Of a DNA stretch of 64,000 nucleotides, positions 14,069 to 27,662 are shown piece by piece. The notes below the pieces were generated by a model. It did no database searches. It was not told the DNA's origin and was given only the letters and a program-made list of their open reading frames with translations. The DNA is from Octopus vulgaris. Lineage: Eukaryota. The position numbers and the translations under genes were made by a program. Each line of letters opens with the position of its first letter. The stretch's first letter is position 1. Where the stretch lies: positions 95,852,001 to 95,916,000 of the forward strand of contig OX597820.1 in NCBI GenBank assembly GCA_951406725.2, given 5' to 3'.

Positions 14069-15064
14069 GATGGATGGATGGATGGATAGTTAGAGATAGA
14101 CAGATAGACAGATAGCGCTGTGTATCTATGTATAAATAAGTTAATGTTTTCTCCCGTAAATTAGTATTTTAACCAATGCAGATGGATCTCCAGAGTAAAA
14201 ATTAAGTAGTAATGACTGTACGCTCAACTACTTCCTTCAAGATTTTGCCTAGTATAGCCACGATCCATTGACTGTAGTCAGTGATAGAATAAAAGGTTAA
14301 TATCATAGAATACGTTTTCAATTATATATATGTACGATAAGAAGATCAGGTTCACAATAGACTTCTGCATAATATAGTATAGGTAATGGATAATAACATG
14401 CAAATGTTTTTTCTAGCGAAATCCATTAAGCTGCAGAACGAAACGCATTACGTAAAGAGCAAAATCTTCCCAATTCTGCAAATGATATTGCGCCAAGACC
14501 ATTATTTACGATATGTAAGGTAGTTAGCTGTCAGAATCATTTGCGTGTCAGACAACATGCTCAGCGTTATTTGTTCTGGCTATTTATATTCTGAGCTCAA
14601 ATCCATTTACTCAGCTTCAACTTTTATCCTTTTAAGAGTCGATTAAAATAAATTATCAGTCAAGTACAGGGATCGTTGTAACTGATTTTTCCCTTCCCAA
14701 ATGTAGAGAAAGATATCTAAGACAAGTAGCGATTTAAATAAACTACAAATTGTGAATACAATGAGAGTCGTCATGGAAACTAGTCTTTCTTATTTTGAGC
14801 AGGACACAGCTTCTCAACAACAAAAATCAAACACTATTTTCAACTAGCAGAAAATCATATAGCTCATGCAAGCAAGTCTTCTAAGTATTAAGAAAATGCT
14901 TGTTCGTCTAGAAACATGTTATCACTGGATGTAAGTCAAACTTAGCTAGAACCAAATTATCTTTCTAAATATATCTCCCACAATTGTCTTTTTAAATATA
15001 TCTCCAATAATTATCTTTTCAAATATATCTCCAACATATATATTCCAATATATTATTTATCTAA

Positions 15065-15253
15065 GGCGGCGAAATGCGTAGCCGTATTTCGTCTGCCGTT
15101 ACGTTCTGAGTCCAAATTTCGCCGAGGTCGACTTTGCCTTTCATCCTTTCGGGATCGGTAAAGGAAGCACCAGTCGCGTTGTGGGGTCGATCTAATCGAC
15201 TACCTCCTCCCACAAAATTTCGAGCCCTGTGCCTAGAGTAGAAGAGAATATAT
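15065..15253 (+). mobile_element. SINE family A
   Basis: Core gaggtcgactttgcctttcatcctttcggg with tail gtgcctagagtagaag. Confidence 0.8.
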
Positions 15254-16113
15254 TATTTGTCTATATACTGTTAAACTTGTCCTTGAAAACTAGAATCCTC
15301 TGATGTTTACGTTATATCAGATGAAATATCTCTGTGTGAAAAAATAAACATGTATGGCTAACAGCACGTGTACGACACAGGTTCAATTCCAGGTTACGAC
15401 CTACAAAGGAATAGGAAATGTTTTGTTGCCTCGTCCTACACGTACAGTTCCCGAACAAAATATTTTACCGTTTCCTTACCGAATCAGTAAAATTTGATGC
15501 TAGCAGGTAAACTTCCGAAGAATAGGCTTCAGAGTAAATTTACTTCATCAGAGTAAATCTAAATGGAAATAAAGTGTGTGTAGTGTTTGTGTAGTTCATA
15601 ATAAAGCCGTTAGTCATTATGCTTGTACCAGTTATAAAAATTTAAAATAATTGTTTCTTAATCGCTTTGATTGTGTGTGTGTGTTTGTTTGTGTTTGTGT
15701 GTGCGTGTTAAGTGCTGGAACTTTCAGTTTTGAACCCTTCAGACCAGTAATAACAATTTAGTTGTTGATTGGTCAAAAGATCTCTATAGATTGCTATCTG
15801 GTGAAAATAATTGTGGGATTAATTTTAGGAGGCTACAATTTGGGGAAGGAATTATTAGGAAATATTGGATCAGTGCAAGGTTAGGAATTTGGTAATAGAG
15901 ACACAATAGAGATGTCTACAAAAGAAAATATGAGTCCGTTCACTGGGCGTGCAAGAAAATGAAACTTGCTAGTCGAGAGAAGCAGGAACGATTCCATAAA
16001 TTACGTTAATGTCACAGAATGTGAACCGTCTCTCGCGAATGATTGAAAGACTAATTGCCGCGAAGCACGCAAATAGGAACTTACTTTGGATGGTGTGTAT
16101 ATATATATATATC

Positions 16114-16666
16114 TTGGGTCATCCCATAAATAATGTGGGTTTTTTATCCTTTATTTTTCAAAATTAAGATAATGTCCTTTTTTTAATCTAAAATATATTC
16201 ACCTTCATTTTCTACAATACTCTTCCATCTACCTAGTAGACTTGCAAAGCCCCTCTTTCAAAATTCACTTGTCCGTGACGAAGAATACTCCTCCAGTGCT
16301 GTTCTGACCTTGTGCACAGAATTCATATGTTTTCCTTCCAAATGAGACTGCAGAATAAATGATAATCAGATGGGACAATGTCCTGCGAATATGGTGGGTG
16401 GGATATCGTCTCTCATTCAAACTGAACAGGCTTTGGGATGTCATCCTCATTGTATGTGGCCAAACATTATCTGATCGAAGAACACATTTCGTCTTGAAAC
16501 CAAAGATGGTCATTTTTCTTCTAGCGCTGACTTGAATGATTGGTTAAATGACCAAATCCAAGCTAATCTGCTATTTCCTTAACAGTTACAATGCGATTTT
16601 GTTTCACCAGGCTTTGCAGGACGTCGTCTTCGAGTTCTACAGATCTTCCAGGACGAGGCTCATCTA
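16114..16666 (-). mobile_element. Internally deleted mariner fragment
   Basis: Minus frames give DEPRPGRSVELEDDVLQSLV (HTH linker), DNVWPHT and HPPYSQDIVPSDYHLF (YSPDLAP-like). A TIR-like end ttgggtcatcccataaataatg abuts (TA)n. Confidence 0.8.
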
Positions 16667-17330
16667 GGTTGTGGTTTCCGGCTCGGAATTTCTGGAACCA
16701 CCGTTATCAGGAGGTTGCAGATATCCCCTTGACAAAGAATGAAAAGGGACTGCTGTAATTTGAGGAGTAGGGTAGATGGCATTCCGTATAGTGTCAGAGA
16801 GAATTAAGCTTCTCATAGTGATCTTGCAGTTAACATCTTTCAGGTGGTGATGGATAGCTTCATTCAGATTTTGTAAGTAGTATTTCTCGCTGTTCATATT
16901 TGCAATGATGTGATGCATCTAATTAGTACATACGTTGCATGTAGGTGATGGTTGTTTGAAGGATGCAGTGTAATCTTTCTAATTAATTAGTGGTGAAACA
17001 CAAGTGTTGCTAATGGTAGATCTCAGTCTAATTTAAAGTTCGTTTAGGTAGGAGGTTGTTTGGTTGAATTACGCAATGGGTTCCATTTATTAAGCAGCAA
17101 TCAGAGAATACATTCTGAGACAAAGATGTTTTAACAAGGGTTGGGTTGCGATGCTTGATAAAAAAAGTGAGGAATGTTTGAGGAATCTGTGTACGGATGG
17201 TGATACAGACAAATGAGGATCCTAATCTTAGAGCTAAGATAAATATCGTTCTTACCGAAAGAAAGATAGTCACAATTACTGTTTGACTGTTGGTGGCTGA
17301 AAGGTTTTACAAATGAGAAGAGACGGCAGA
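16667..17330 (-). mobile_element. Possible decayed LINE 3' end
   Basis: TKLRST...PSPTCNVCTN*MHHII looks like a zinc-knuckle remnant. Confidence 0.3.
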
Positions 17331-18056
17331 TGATCTTAGGGGAATATGAAGGAAAGACTTTGAACTGGTATACCTAGAACTCTTCGCTGTTGATTGCGAG
17401 ATCAGAGAGAGGAGATAGAAAATATGCATTCTACTTACGTACAGACATCTTTAAAAAGTAATTGAAATATAGATTATAGTCTGCTCCGCTGAGATAGACT
17501 ACAGATAAGTGATATTTGATTATTGCCTCAGATGTGGGAGTATGGTTTCTGTGTTAACAAAAATATTATTTATAACTTGAGATATGAGCAGACTTCACAC
17601 TGCTACTTCTGTCTGTGAAATCTGACTGTTTGGCATTAGACACACCTAGCGTCGATAATTTAACAATATCGATCCAGTTGATTGTACACCACCTAACTCA
17701 GAAATCACCAACTGTAAACAACGTCTAATGACATATTTCTTTTGAAGACGTTCAGAAATGTTGTCAGAGATATTGTTAAAAAATATATCTATATATTTAT
17801 TAGATTTGACTGTCTTTTACATACCTGTGAAAATTCAGTAGAAGTGGTGTTTATTTCTCCATTTACACACACACAATTTCATATTGACTTACGATAGCAT
17901 GTATGTCAACATATGTGTACGTGCATATGCATACGATAGCGTGTATATTTTTTCATGTGCTAAATGTTCGTAATCTACAACAAGACAACACTAAATAGAT
18001 ACAATATTGTTTAATAGAAAAAGAAGAAAAACCATAAAAGAGACCCCACTCCATTA

Positions 18057-18380
18057 TACGAGGGCAGACAGAAAAGCTCATAGGCTGACAATGAAGGAAT
18101 GATGCTAGAACTGTGAAATCTTGCATGCATTAATTTCGACTATTCTTATTAACTGAATTCTTTCTTTCCAGGTAAACTGACATCTAGCTGGTCAAAGAAG
18201 TCTTCAAATTATATAGTAGCGACTTTTCATGAAAATCGATAAAATTTGACAAATTTCAAGTTCCCTCAGAAAAAATAGTTTAGTCTCCAAGGACACTCAG
18301 GCTGACATACTTGCTACATCAGGAGATGACGCTCCAACTTTATCTGCAGTGCAAAGTGGGCTACTGAATTTGGAGAAGTT
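18057..18380 (+). mobile_element. Mariner 5' fragment
   Basis: TA followed by a tacgagggcagacagaaaag TIR-like start, and a degenerate HTH SKDTQADILATSGDDAPTLSAVQ-WATEF. Confidence 0.65.
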
Positions 18381-18747
18381 TTGAATATGACCCATGTCTT
18401 GTTTCTGCACCAGCACACAAGTCCTTGCTTTCAATGGCTGCATGAGCGTGGCTTTGAACTGGTGATCCCCCTTCCTATTCTCCTGATCTGAACCCATCTT
18501 TAATTTTATTTGGTAATACTTTATATTGTAATTTTTATATTTTTATATTTTTTATTTATTATTTTAATTTTATTGTTAATTATGTTTATCATTATTTATA
18601 TTTTATACATTTATATTTTTTGTTTTTGTACAATATTCTTAGCATATGCATGCACTACATGTATACGATAAATATTTCACTTCTTCCCATGTACATTAAC
18701 TTAATCTCTTTCATAAGCAGGTAAACTTTATTACTAAAAATATATAC

Positions 18748-19222
18748 AACGGGCTTCTTTCTGTTCCCGTCTGTCAAACCCTTTGACACGGTTTAGTGTC
18801 CAGCGGAGCTTGGCCCGGAATCATGTGGCTGGGAATTAGAATTCTTACTGCACTTACTGAGATGTATAGCCGAACAAATCAATTGCAGTACGTATTTTCT
18901 GGGGTTTTTAAACCAGCTATTTATTCTATCGATATCTTATACTGAACCGCTAAGTTACGGGGACATAAACTCATCAACATTGGTTGTCAAGTTGCAGTGG
19001 GGGACACATATAGACACACACACACATACGCATACATAAACACACACACATACACACACACACACGTATGATGGTGCTCTTACAGTCTCCGTCTACCAAG
19101 TCCACTCACAAGGTTCTGATCGGCCTGAGGCTATAGCAGAAAAAAATTGCTCAAGGTACCTTGCACTGGGACTGGACTTAGAACAATGTGGTTGAGAAGT
19201 TAACTTGTTACCACATAGCCAT
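18748..19222 (-). mobile_element. SINE family B fragments
   Basis: Reverse-complement blocks gaaccgctaagttacggggac and ccgtctaccaagtccactcacaagg. Confidence 0.7.
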
Positions 19223-20535
19223 GCTTACAAACACACACACACACACACAGGTGTGCATGTGTGTTTGTGCGTGTGTTTGTGGCACGCAGGTGTATGTTTA
19301 TGCATGTGTGGATCACTCCATATTACTTCGATTTCTAAGTTGGGTGGTACGTTGTGTCCTTGAGCAAAGTACTTCATTTCTCGTTGCTCCAGCTGAAGTG
19401 AGTACCAGCTGACTGTCGAGGCAGCCCTCTCTGCCTCCGGCTGTTACATCTTCCATGTTTAAGGGTAGAGTATCCTACGTTTGCTCGCGACTACATAAGC
19501 ACTTAAAAAAACCTAGCAATGCATTGTGCAAACTAGTAGTCACAGTCGGCTGCGTGTGACAGTAAAGTATATTCACATACATACACGTAGATTTATATAT
19601 GAGTGTATGTGTGTGTGTTTGTGTGCATTCCGTTTTACATTACAATTAGTTTCGTCATTATATGGTTCTTCATTTAATGTGAGATATAAGATCGATTTAT
19701 CCAAGTTCATATGTTTATTGTTATGGAAAGAATGGAGGCAAACTGTATAGTGTTATGTTAAAATGTGTAGCATATCTTTTCATTGGTTGAGTTCAGTGAA
19801 ATTAAACATGTGTATCTTTTCTTATATGTTCATTTATGAGTTTATTCAGACGTACGTGTGTATGTGCCTATTTATTCTTTCGGATGTATGCAACTTGCGC
19901 GGCACTGGGACTGCTGTGGGATTTGTTGCTTTGTTAGATATGTAGATTTGTTAGAAAGCAAGAAGAATAATAAAGATATATTTCTTTTGGAGCTTTCTGA
20001 AAACGATTTGTTTTAGGTTGCAGTATTTGTTTTATTCTAATGTTATTACTATTTCACTTGGAGAAAAAGAGAAGAAAAGAAAAGGAAAGGGAAGGAAACG
20101 TTGTATTCTCTTGATATTTCATGATAATGCTGTTAGAATACCATTATAGTATTTGGGATGTCTGTGTATATGAAGCCATGGGGAGGTTAATTTTCTGCTT
20201 ATTCAAGACTTTAATTTCCTGATTCAGAATTCGTAGCCTTTCCAAGATATAAAGTTGAGAGAAAGTATTCGGCTGTGTATAAACCGTCGCTCTGCATTCA
20301 ATGTTATGTGATCTATTGTTATTTTTCAGAAATAAAATATGTGCTAAAATTTTGCTAAAATTACCTTAATTCGTTAGTGCATATTCTTGTAGATCTAATG
20401 CTGTTTGGACAGTGAATAATCATGTATAACTAACACTGTTTCCATACAGGCTGTTGACTTAACACATATTTTAAGAGCGTCACTTGCATTTTTGTTTTTA
20501 TACTGTTAGCGGAATTTAGGTGCTCTGCATGATTT

Positions 20536-20956
20536 ATCTTTTACTTGTTTCGGTCATTTGACTGCGGCTGTGCTGGAGCACCACCTTGGAGAATTATTTA
20601 GTCGAATGAATAGACCCCAATACTTATTTTTTAAAGCCTCTTACTTTTTCTATCTGTTTCTTTGCCGAACCGCTAAGTTATGGGGGCGAATACACACCAG
20701 CACCGTTTGCCAGCTTATGGTAGGGGACAAAAGCAAACACATAGACAAAGAAACAGACCGACACATACACATACGTATGTATCTATGTATGTATGTATGT
20801 ATGTTTAAAGGGCTTATTTCAGTTTCCGCCTACCAAATTCACTCGGTCCGAGGAGATAGTAGGAAATACTGTTTCAAGGAGCCACGATGTGGGACTCAAC
20901 CCTGAACCATATGGCTGGGAAACAAGCTTCTTACTACGCAGCTGCGCCTGCGCCTA
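20536..20956 (-). mobile_element. SINE family B, diverged
   Basis: Reverse-complement blocks gtcatttgactgcggc..ctggagcaccacctt and tttcagtttccgcctacc. Confidence 0.75.
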
Positions 20957-22601
20957 TTCTTCATTTTTTGATTATTGATAGACACTTTATTATTGATTGA
21001 TATTTAAAGTATTGGCGAAGTTTGGTAGTATTTAGTACCTAATTCTAAGTATGTTTAGACTAAAAAGAATCCTTCACTACGAGATGGAGGCGAGTTTTGT
21101 CTAGGGAAATGCTTACACTTTTGAAAATACTGGAATATATCATACGTTGTCTTATCTTGAGTGTTCTGTCTGCTTGAGTTTATATATGGATTTCAATGGT
21201 TTCTTTGAATGCTTTCTTGTTGCCACTGCATCATATTGTTGAGTGATACTTAATCATATGAGAGTGTCAAGATTCGTTTGATCAAATATTTCAACAGATC
21301 TCAAGAACACAAAATTTATGGTTTGATACGCTGGCTGTATATATGATTACAACATTTAGAATAATGTAATTATATGCACTGCAGTTTATGGTGAGTTACA
21401 GTTTCTGTAAATACATTTGCCCACATTTTTATAATCACAAAGTGATAGAAATATGACTGACAACTCTCCTTATTCTCTATTTTATTGCGTATACGTTCCT
21501 CTTTGCCATTAACAGGTATTTTTATTTTGATATGAAACTGAAATATTCAGAATTCTATACAACATTACTCTTAACTGGAACCAACCGTCATTTTGATCTT
21601 ATTTGGAGGCAAAATATTATTTAGACGCTAAGCTTTCAGTTCAATGCATTCCACATTTCTTTATCATATTTTATATTGTTTTCATGTAAACCATAATTGT
21701 AAACTAATGCTTTTCAATAATAAAATTGAAAGACATATTGAAAACAAAGCCTCGTTGTATTGCAGTATATTATAAAAGGAATAATATAAAATCAAAACAA
21801 TAACGAAACTAAATGTTATAGTGTATAACTATTTATTTTATTCCTATTTAACGTATTTAATTGAAAATAGCTTCTTGTAGATGTTAAATTAATATAATTT
21901 TTAAAAGAATGTCTTCCACTAATCACTTATAATAATAGTAGTTTATGAAAATTTTAAATTTATCTAATTTAGCTTTATTTCTTCCCCACTAATCTTACAA
22001 TGCTACTTTGAATATCTTTATAAGTATTCAATATGAGTCAGGTATCCATATTTAGAAAGGAATATAAAAACGTGTGTCGCTTGTGTTTTAATAAATGCTA
22101 CTAGTGACTGAAGTGATAAGCTACGATCAAAATCGATCTAATTCTAATGGTGTCATTTTCTTTTCAGCAATCCGGAAACAATAGAATATTCTTAAGTCGA
22201 TTCCGTTGACAATAATTCTGTTCGAAATCATGTATTTTATTGCAAGAAATTTATTATTTCTGGATATTAAATGCACAGAACGAATTAAAAGTTTGTGAAT
22301 TATAAGGACGTTTTGAATTAATACAGACTTTTTGCATTCCAGCTATTGACTATTTCCTCTTTTGTGGGAATCTGTTTGTCTAAATTGCCCAATATATTTT
22401 TTTGAAAGGAGATGTGATGAAAAATTAGCTTCTATCATACTGAGTGACTACAAGGCAACTCTGTTGATGTGTTAAAATAAATATTGTTGATGTGAATTAA
22501 ATGTTATTGCTTTCGCCTTGAGCAATGCCTTAATCCATTGGTGTTTAATCTGTCACATACTTTGCTGTTGAAATTCCTTTTAAATCGCATTGTAATCAAG
22601 A

Positions 22602-22756
22602 GGCGAGCTGCCAGAATCTTTAGCACGACGGACGAAGTACTTAGCGATGTTTAGGTCCGTCCTTAGCTTCTGAGTTCGAATTCAGCGGAAGTCGACTTCC
22701 TTTCGGGGTCGTTAAAACAAGTACAAGTTGAGCACTGGCGTTGATGTTAGCGACTT
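22602..22756 (+). mobile_element. SINE family A, 3' truncated
   Basis: ggcgagctgccagaatctttagcacg..gagttcgaattcagcgg. Confidence 0.75.
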
Positions 22757-24075
22757 AACTACTCCTGGATAAGAGTATAAAAGCTGCACCCCCTTTACCA
22801 AACCATGTCGTCGAGCCAGTGCGACAAAGTAATCTCATCAAGCCAGCATGATCACTTGGTGGAGAGAACATGATGAGGCCTTCGTCCTGCTGAGCGGGGG
22901 TGGGAGCTGAACATAGGCAAACCAATCCATGGTCAAGCGCTGGTATTACATATTTGAACTTTGTACACAGCATTAACTCACGATTCTGCATATCCAAAAT
23001 ATTTACTGATCCTTTTGATATATGATTAGTTAAAATAGAATTCTCATTAAACATTTTCATTATGTCGTTATTGACTATCATAAATCCGCAACAGTTTGCT
23101 TTAGAATAATATAATTATTGAAAATGTGTGTATGCAACAAACGAAACTATTAGTTTTTTAGTAGTTTGAGGTCAATGGGTGAAAAAATATAGCGATTTCA
23201 CATTGAAATATTATCTAATTCAATTAGGACGTTAAACGTCAACAACGATGCATATTGATCCTCATTTCTGTGGTTTGGAACAAAAGCAACTGTAAAGAAT
23301 CTTATGTATCTAAATACAGTGTTAGAAAAATCGAAGAATAAAATGTGTGAAGCGAGAAAGAGAGAGGGGAGAGAAAATAAAGAAAGAAGAGACAGAAGAA
23401 AAAAGATAGAGAGAGGAAAGAGAGAGAGGGAGAAGAGAGAAAGGGGAAACGGAAAAAGAAGAGGGATACAAAGAAAAAGAGATGAGAGATTGTTACCCAT
23501 CGTGAACGCAAATGATACGAAATTGTATCGATTGGTTCTCATTTAACATCACCTAAATTACTTTCAACAAGAAATCAAAATTGAACTACATTTACGCTCT
23601 ATCACCTCTTGTTATGCATGCATATAATTTAATCAATTTTTCAAAATTGAAAAGAAAATTGCTTGGCAAGAGGAGTTACGTTATTGCTCGTTCCGTTAGA
23701 ATTAGCAGTTGAAACTTCTTGAAATCAAACCCTTGTGATATAAACAAGGAAAGGAAAGAGATTCTGATAATCAAAATGAAAAAGACAAGTTAGAATGCCA
23801 TTGATCATAACAAGGACAGTACATGCAAATATACACATTCTATGTTTCCAATAGTACAAGCACGCACATTTACATATTTAGATTTATATATATATATATA
23901 TATACGTACAGCGAGTTGGTACACACTCGCGAGAGCGAGGGTGAGAGACGGAGAGAGAGAATGAATGAATTCTTGATCGCACGATGGTTGTATAGACAGC
24001 TTAGAAAATTCAGTAAATACTATTTAGAAGACGGAAAAAGATGGCCAATAATCCACTACTGAGAATTTGACACTG

Positions 24076-24116
<41 letters not shown>

Positions 24117-25212
24117 AAGTTATCATATTCCAGACGGGTGGAAATATAGGAAACATGATAGTTGAAATTGCACTGAGAATAGTTAAAATATTTTCTATTA
24201 TTCAATTTAAATATTTAATCGGTTTCACAGTTTACCCTGATTTTCAAAAAGTTGAAGAAGAAAGCCGCGGCTTACGTCGCAGCTGTCCTGTTTTTGACTA
24301 GAGTTTGAAGATTGCTCTATTTTTATAGGAAATGTCTGGCTCAAATTATTGTCTGAATATGATTTGACTGGTAGAAGACTGTCACGTGGCTGGTCTTAGA
24401 AAGTTTTGTTGGTTCCCCGCTACGTCCGTGTGTTAATATCTAGTTACAATGTTTGGCATCGTAAATTAAGGCTATATATACTTACTATTATGCAAAGGTA
24501 TCGTAACTTCAAAACGTTGCTTTTCCAGAAAACGAAAAATACTTTCAGCATTCTATTTTTCAGATTAGCAAAAGTTTCGCCTTAACCACAATACTTTTTG
24601 GGTCCATAAAATCGTAACTCCATGCATGCATAATATTTTCAGTCAGAAATATTTTTGCAAAACTCTCGTATGTAGGGCTTACTACACTTTTGAAAAATGC
24701 TAAACCATTATACTACACTTTGACAATTTTCATCTGAAGCAGCTGGTTAGTTTGACCAAGAGAACTGGCTATTGCAAGCAAAATTAAATATTGAAAAGAA
24801 AAAAAAAACGCGTTTGGCCAAACTTGTATATACGACAGTTTAACATAATATCTGCTGTTTAGAATAATACCTACGCAAATTTTATAAACAATACATTCAA
24901 AAGAGATGTCTCAAGGATTCAATCACTTCTACTATCCACAACAAGTTGCTTTCAAGGCACTTGACCATTTAAAATCCTACTACTATCATGGCACTCCCGC
25001 ATTCTTCTTCTCCTTCTCCTCCTTCTTCTTCTCCTCCTCCTTCTTCTTTACTATCAAGAATTCACAACGACCTCGAACTAACAAGAGTAAACAAGGGGGA
25101 CAGAGAGAGGCAGAAACAAGGAAAATGCCCCTTGTATTTGATTACTATGCAAATATTCTTTTAAAAAACCATCCTTTTAATTTTTGCAAAATTTAATTGT
25201 TTTCCATACTTA

Positions 25213-25248
25213 CAGTTGAAAAAGTCTCAATGACTGAAACCGGTACTG
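25213..25248 (+). ncRNA. Degenerate hammerhead relic
   Basis: cag-TTGAAAA-agtc-tcaat-gact-GAAAC-cg-GTA-ctg. Stems I, II and III are intact; the core has 2 substitutions against CTGANGA. Confidence 0.55.
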
Positions 25249-25311
25249 AAATGATTTTTATAAAATTATTTTAGCATTGTCTACCTTGGCTTTTTTTTTC
25301 ATTATATATAT

Positions 25312-26031
25312 ATACCTGCGTGAATTATTTTTGAGTATACATTGTCTGGGAGATTTTTCTTATAGTAGAAGAAATAGCTAAGACTTTTTGGCTGCTATTT
25401 CTAAAAGTTCGGTGTGTGGTAAAGTAAATTATTTTACTGAACCCTAACTATATAACGTAATGTTTTAAATATACCGTAAATGGTCTTCTTACATACTGAA
25501 CACTACTTGGTAAAATTAATTAATAATTAATTGATTTTATCCTTTTATTATTGATAATATAATTCTCTCTCCCTGATATTTAACTACAGTTCTCTCTGTA
25601 GGAATTTGTTTACTCTATAACTCACGTGGGTGGAAGCGGAAGGAATGCAAGGCCTCATTTGTACTTTTTGAATTCGTTGGTACTGGCGGTCGAAGATGGT
25701 TTGTCTAGGATTACTCATATCAGACGGGTATGTTCGATTTTTAGTGCTCTCAAAACCAAATCTAAGAAATCTTTGAGCTGACGAAGGAAATGCTGATCTT
25801 TAAATTCAACTAATCTAGAAACGTACGTTCTCATGTAATCTTATGTACATGTGATCTTTTGTTATTTTCCCCTCCATACCTGCGTGAATTTTTTTGAGTA
25901 TACATTGTCTGGGAGATTTTTCTTATAGTAGAAGAAATAGCTAAGATTTTTTGGCTGCTATTTCTAAAAGTTCGGTGTGTGGTAAAGTAAATTATTTTTC
26001 CTGAACCCTAATTATATAACGTAATGTTTTA
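25312..26031 (+). mobile_element. Non-coding partial-tandem element (156-bp direct repeats, 564-bp period) with a hammerhead; retrozyme/PLE pseudo-LTR-like
   Basis: 25312-25467 closely matches 25876-26031, both outer ends sit in (TA)n, and the hammerhead lies just upstream of the second repeat. Confidence 0.75.
25774..25833 (+). ncRNA. Type I minimal hammerhead ribozyme motif
   Basis: tgag-CTGACGA-[imperfect stem II]-GAAAC-gtac-GTT-ctca. Stem I is tgag/ctca, the stem III region is the palindrome ACGTACGT, and the cleavage triplet is GUU. Confidence 0.7.
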
Positions 26032-26046
26032 TATATATATATATAT

Positions 26047-26101
<55 letters not shown>

Positions 26102-26977
26102 TAAACCTACATTAACACTTTAATATAAATGAATTTTTTAGGAAAGCATGTTTGTTTATATTTTAAAAAAAATAAGTAGCAATAACCATGAAGATAATAT
26201 ACTAAGAACTCGTCCCTGCAAAACGGATAAATGATATCCATCTAATATCATGATTGATCGTATAACGCAGAATTATCAAATCAACAGCAAGTTAGAATTT
26301 ACAAATATAGAAAACAAGCAATATGTTCAGTCGTTTTGTTTCGTAGTCACATGATTATTAAGAAAATGAAAGACAAACATGACGCATTCCCTGAGAATAT
26401 CTCAACTTGCTAAATTTAACAAATTGTCAATTATTCTTTTAATAGGAATATTTACACACGCCATATTATTAAACGCTTTGGTTTTCGTGAATTAAATTTT
26501 CACCTTTATTAATTCCTTATAGTTCATCTAATATATTGTTAGTGTTTAGGCTCTTAAATAAGAAATTTGAATATACACGAACTCCTGTTGCTTATTATCT
26601 TTATAACAAACAACAAGCGTTCTTATAAAAAAGAAACTTAAAGGAAAATTGTTCTCTCAGCTTTTATTTTATTTTATCATATAACCAGTTATTTTGCTAC
26701 ATAAATAATTCCAATATTGCAAACATTAATTTAGTTAAGCATTCATCTCTGTTTTAATAGGAACCTATTAAAACCGCATTATATTCTAATGAAAATAGTA
26801 GCTCTGTAATAATTAAACTTAGAGTGCATTTAAATATATTCTGCACCGCAGTCCTCTGGAACGTTGAATTTTAATATACCTTTGGTCTAGTGAAACACAA
26901 ATGTAAGATAGATATATGAACAAATAAGCACAAAACATTTTAACACGATGGTAGGGGTTCGCTCCCCTACTGGCAAT

Positions 26978-27662
26978 ATATTTAGAGTGCAGCGCTACAC
27001 TTGTAAGAAGCTGGCGGAAGATCTGCCTGGGGTTAAACTAGTAATAACATTAACCAGCCATATTGATGTAGCGATTAACTTTGCTTGTAAAGTTAATCGC
27101 TACTGAGATTTTACAACTAGCTGCTTCGCCTATTGCAAATCAGTGACCGATGGTCACTTTGTTTACTATATATTTATTGCTGGAGTGGACTCTGGCCATC
27201 TCTGGCGACCAGGTATTCGCGATTGAGGATGAGCAAACTAGATCGAAACCGAATCGCTTTCGCCACCCTGTCATCAGCTGGAGGATGGTAGGTGGTTCGC
27301 CGGCCGAAATACTCAGCGCTATTTCGTCTGCCGTTACATTCTGAGTTCAAATTCCGCCGAGGTCGACTTTACTTTTCATCCTTCCGGGGTCGATTAAATA
27401 AGTAGCAGTTACGCACTGGGGTCTATGTAATCGACTTAATCCCTTTGTCTATCCTTGTTTGTCCCCTCTATGTTTAGCCCTCTGAGGGCAATAAAGAAAT
27501 AAATATATATGTGCAGAGTGCAGTGCTGCAATATAACCAGCTGGCAGAAGATCTGCCTGGGGTTAAACTAGTAGTAACATTAAACAGCCATATTGATATG
27601 GCGACTAACTTTACTTGTTAGTATAATTACTACTCTCATTTCCTATTGAGATATTACAACTA
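26978..27662 (+). repeat. Tandem pseudo-LTR-like family with degenerate hammerhead (27219-27257), interrupted by a SINE
   Basis: 26978-27119 resembles 27505-27662. The motif reads gcga-TTGAGGA-tgagc..gatc-GAAAC-c-GAA-tcgc. The unit is homologous to the 43790-44400 units. Confidence 0.65.
27300..27502 (+). mobile_element. SINE family A with LINE-like tail
   Basis: Family A core plus cttgtttgtcccctctatgtttagccctctgagggcaataaagaaat. Confidence 0.8.

Noticed and set aside
14870-14938. LRR-like minus string TSSDNMFLDEQAFS*YLEDL
   Set aside because: It has an in-frame stop and no splice sites.
27245-27282. Minus-strand CTGATGA..GAAA
   Set aside because: Stems I and II do not form; the plus-strand relic explains the region better.
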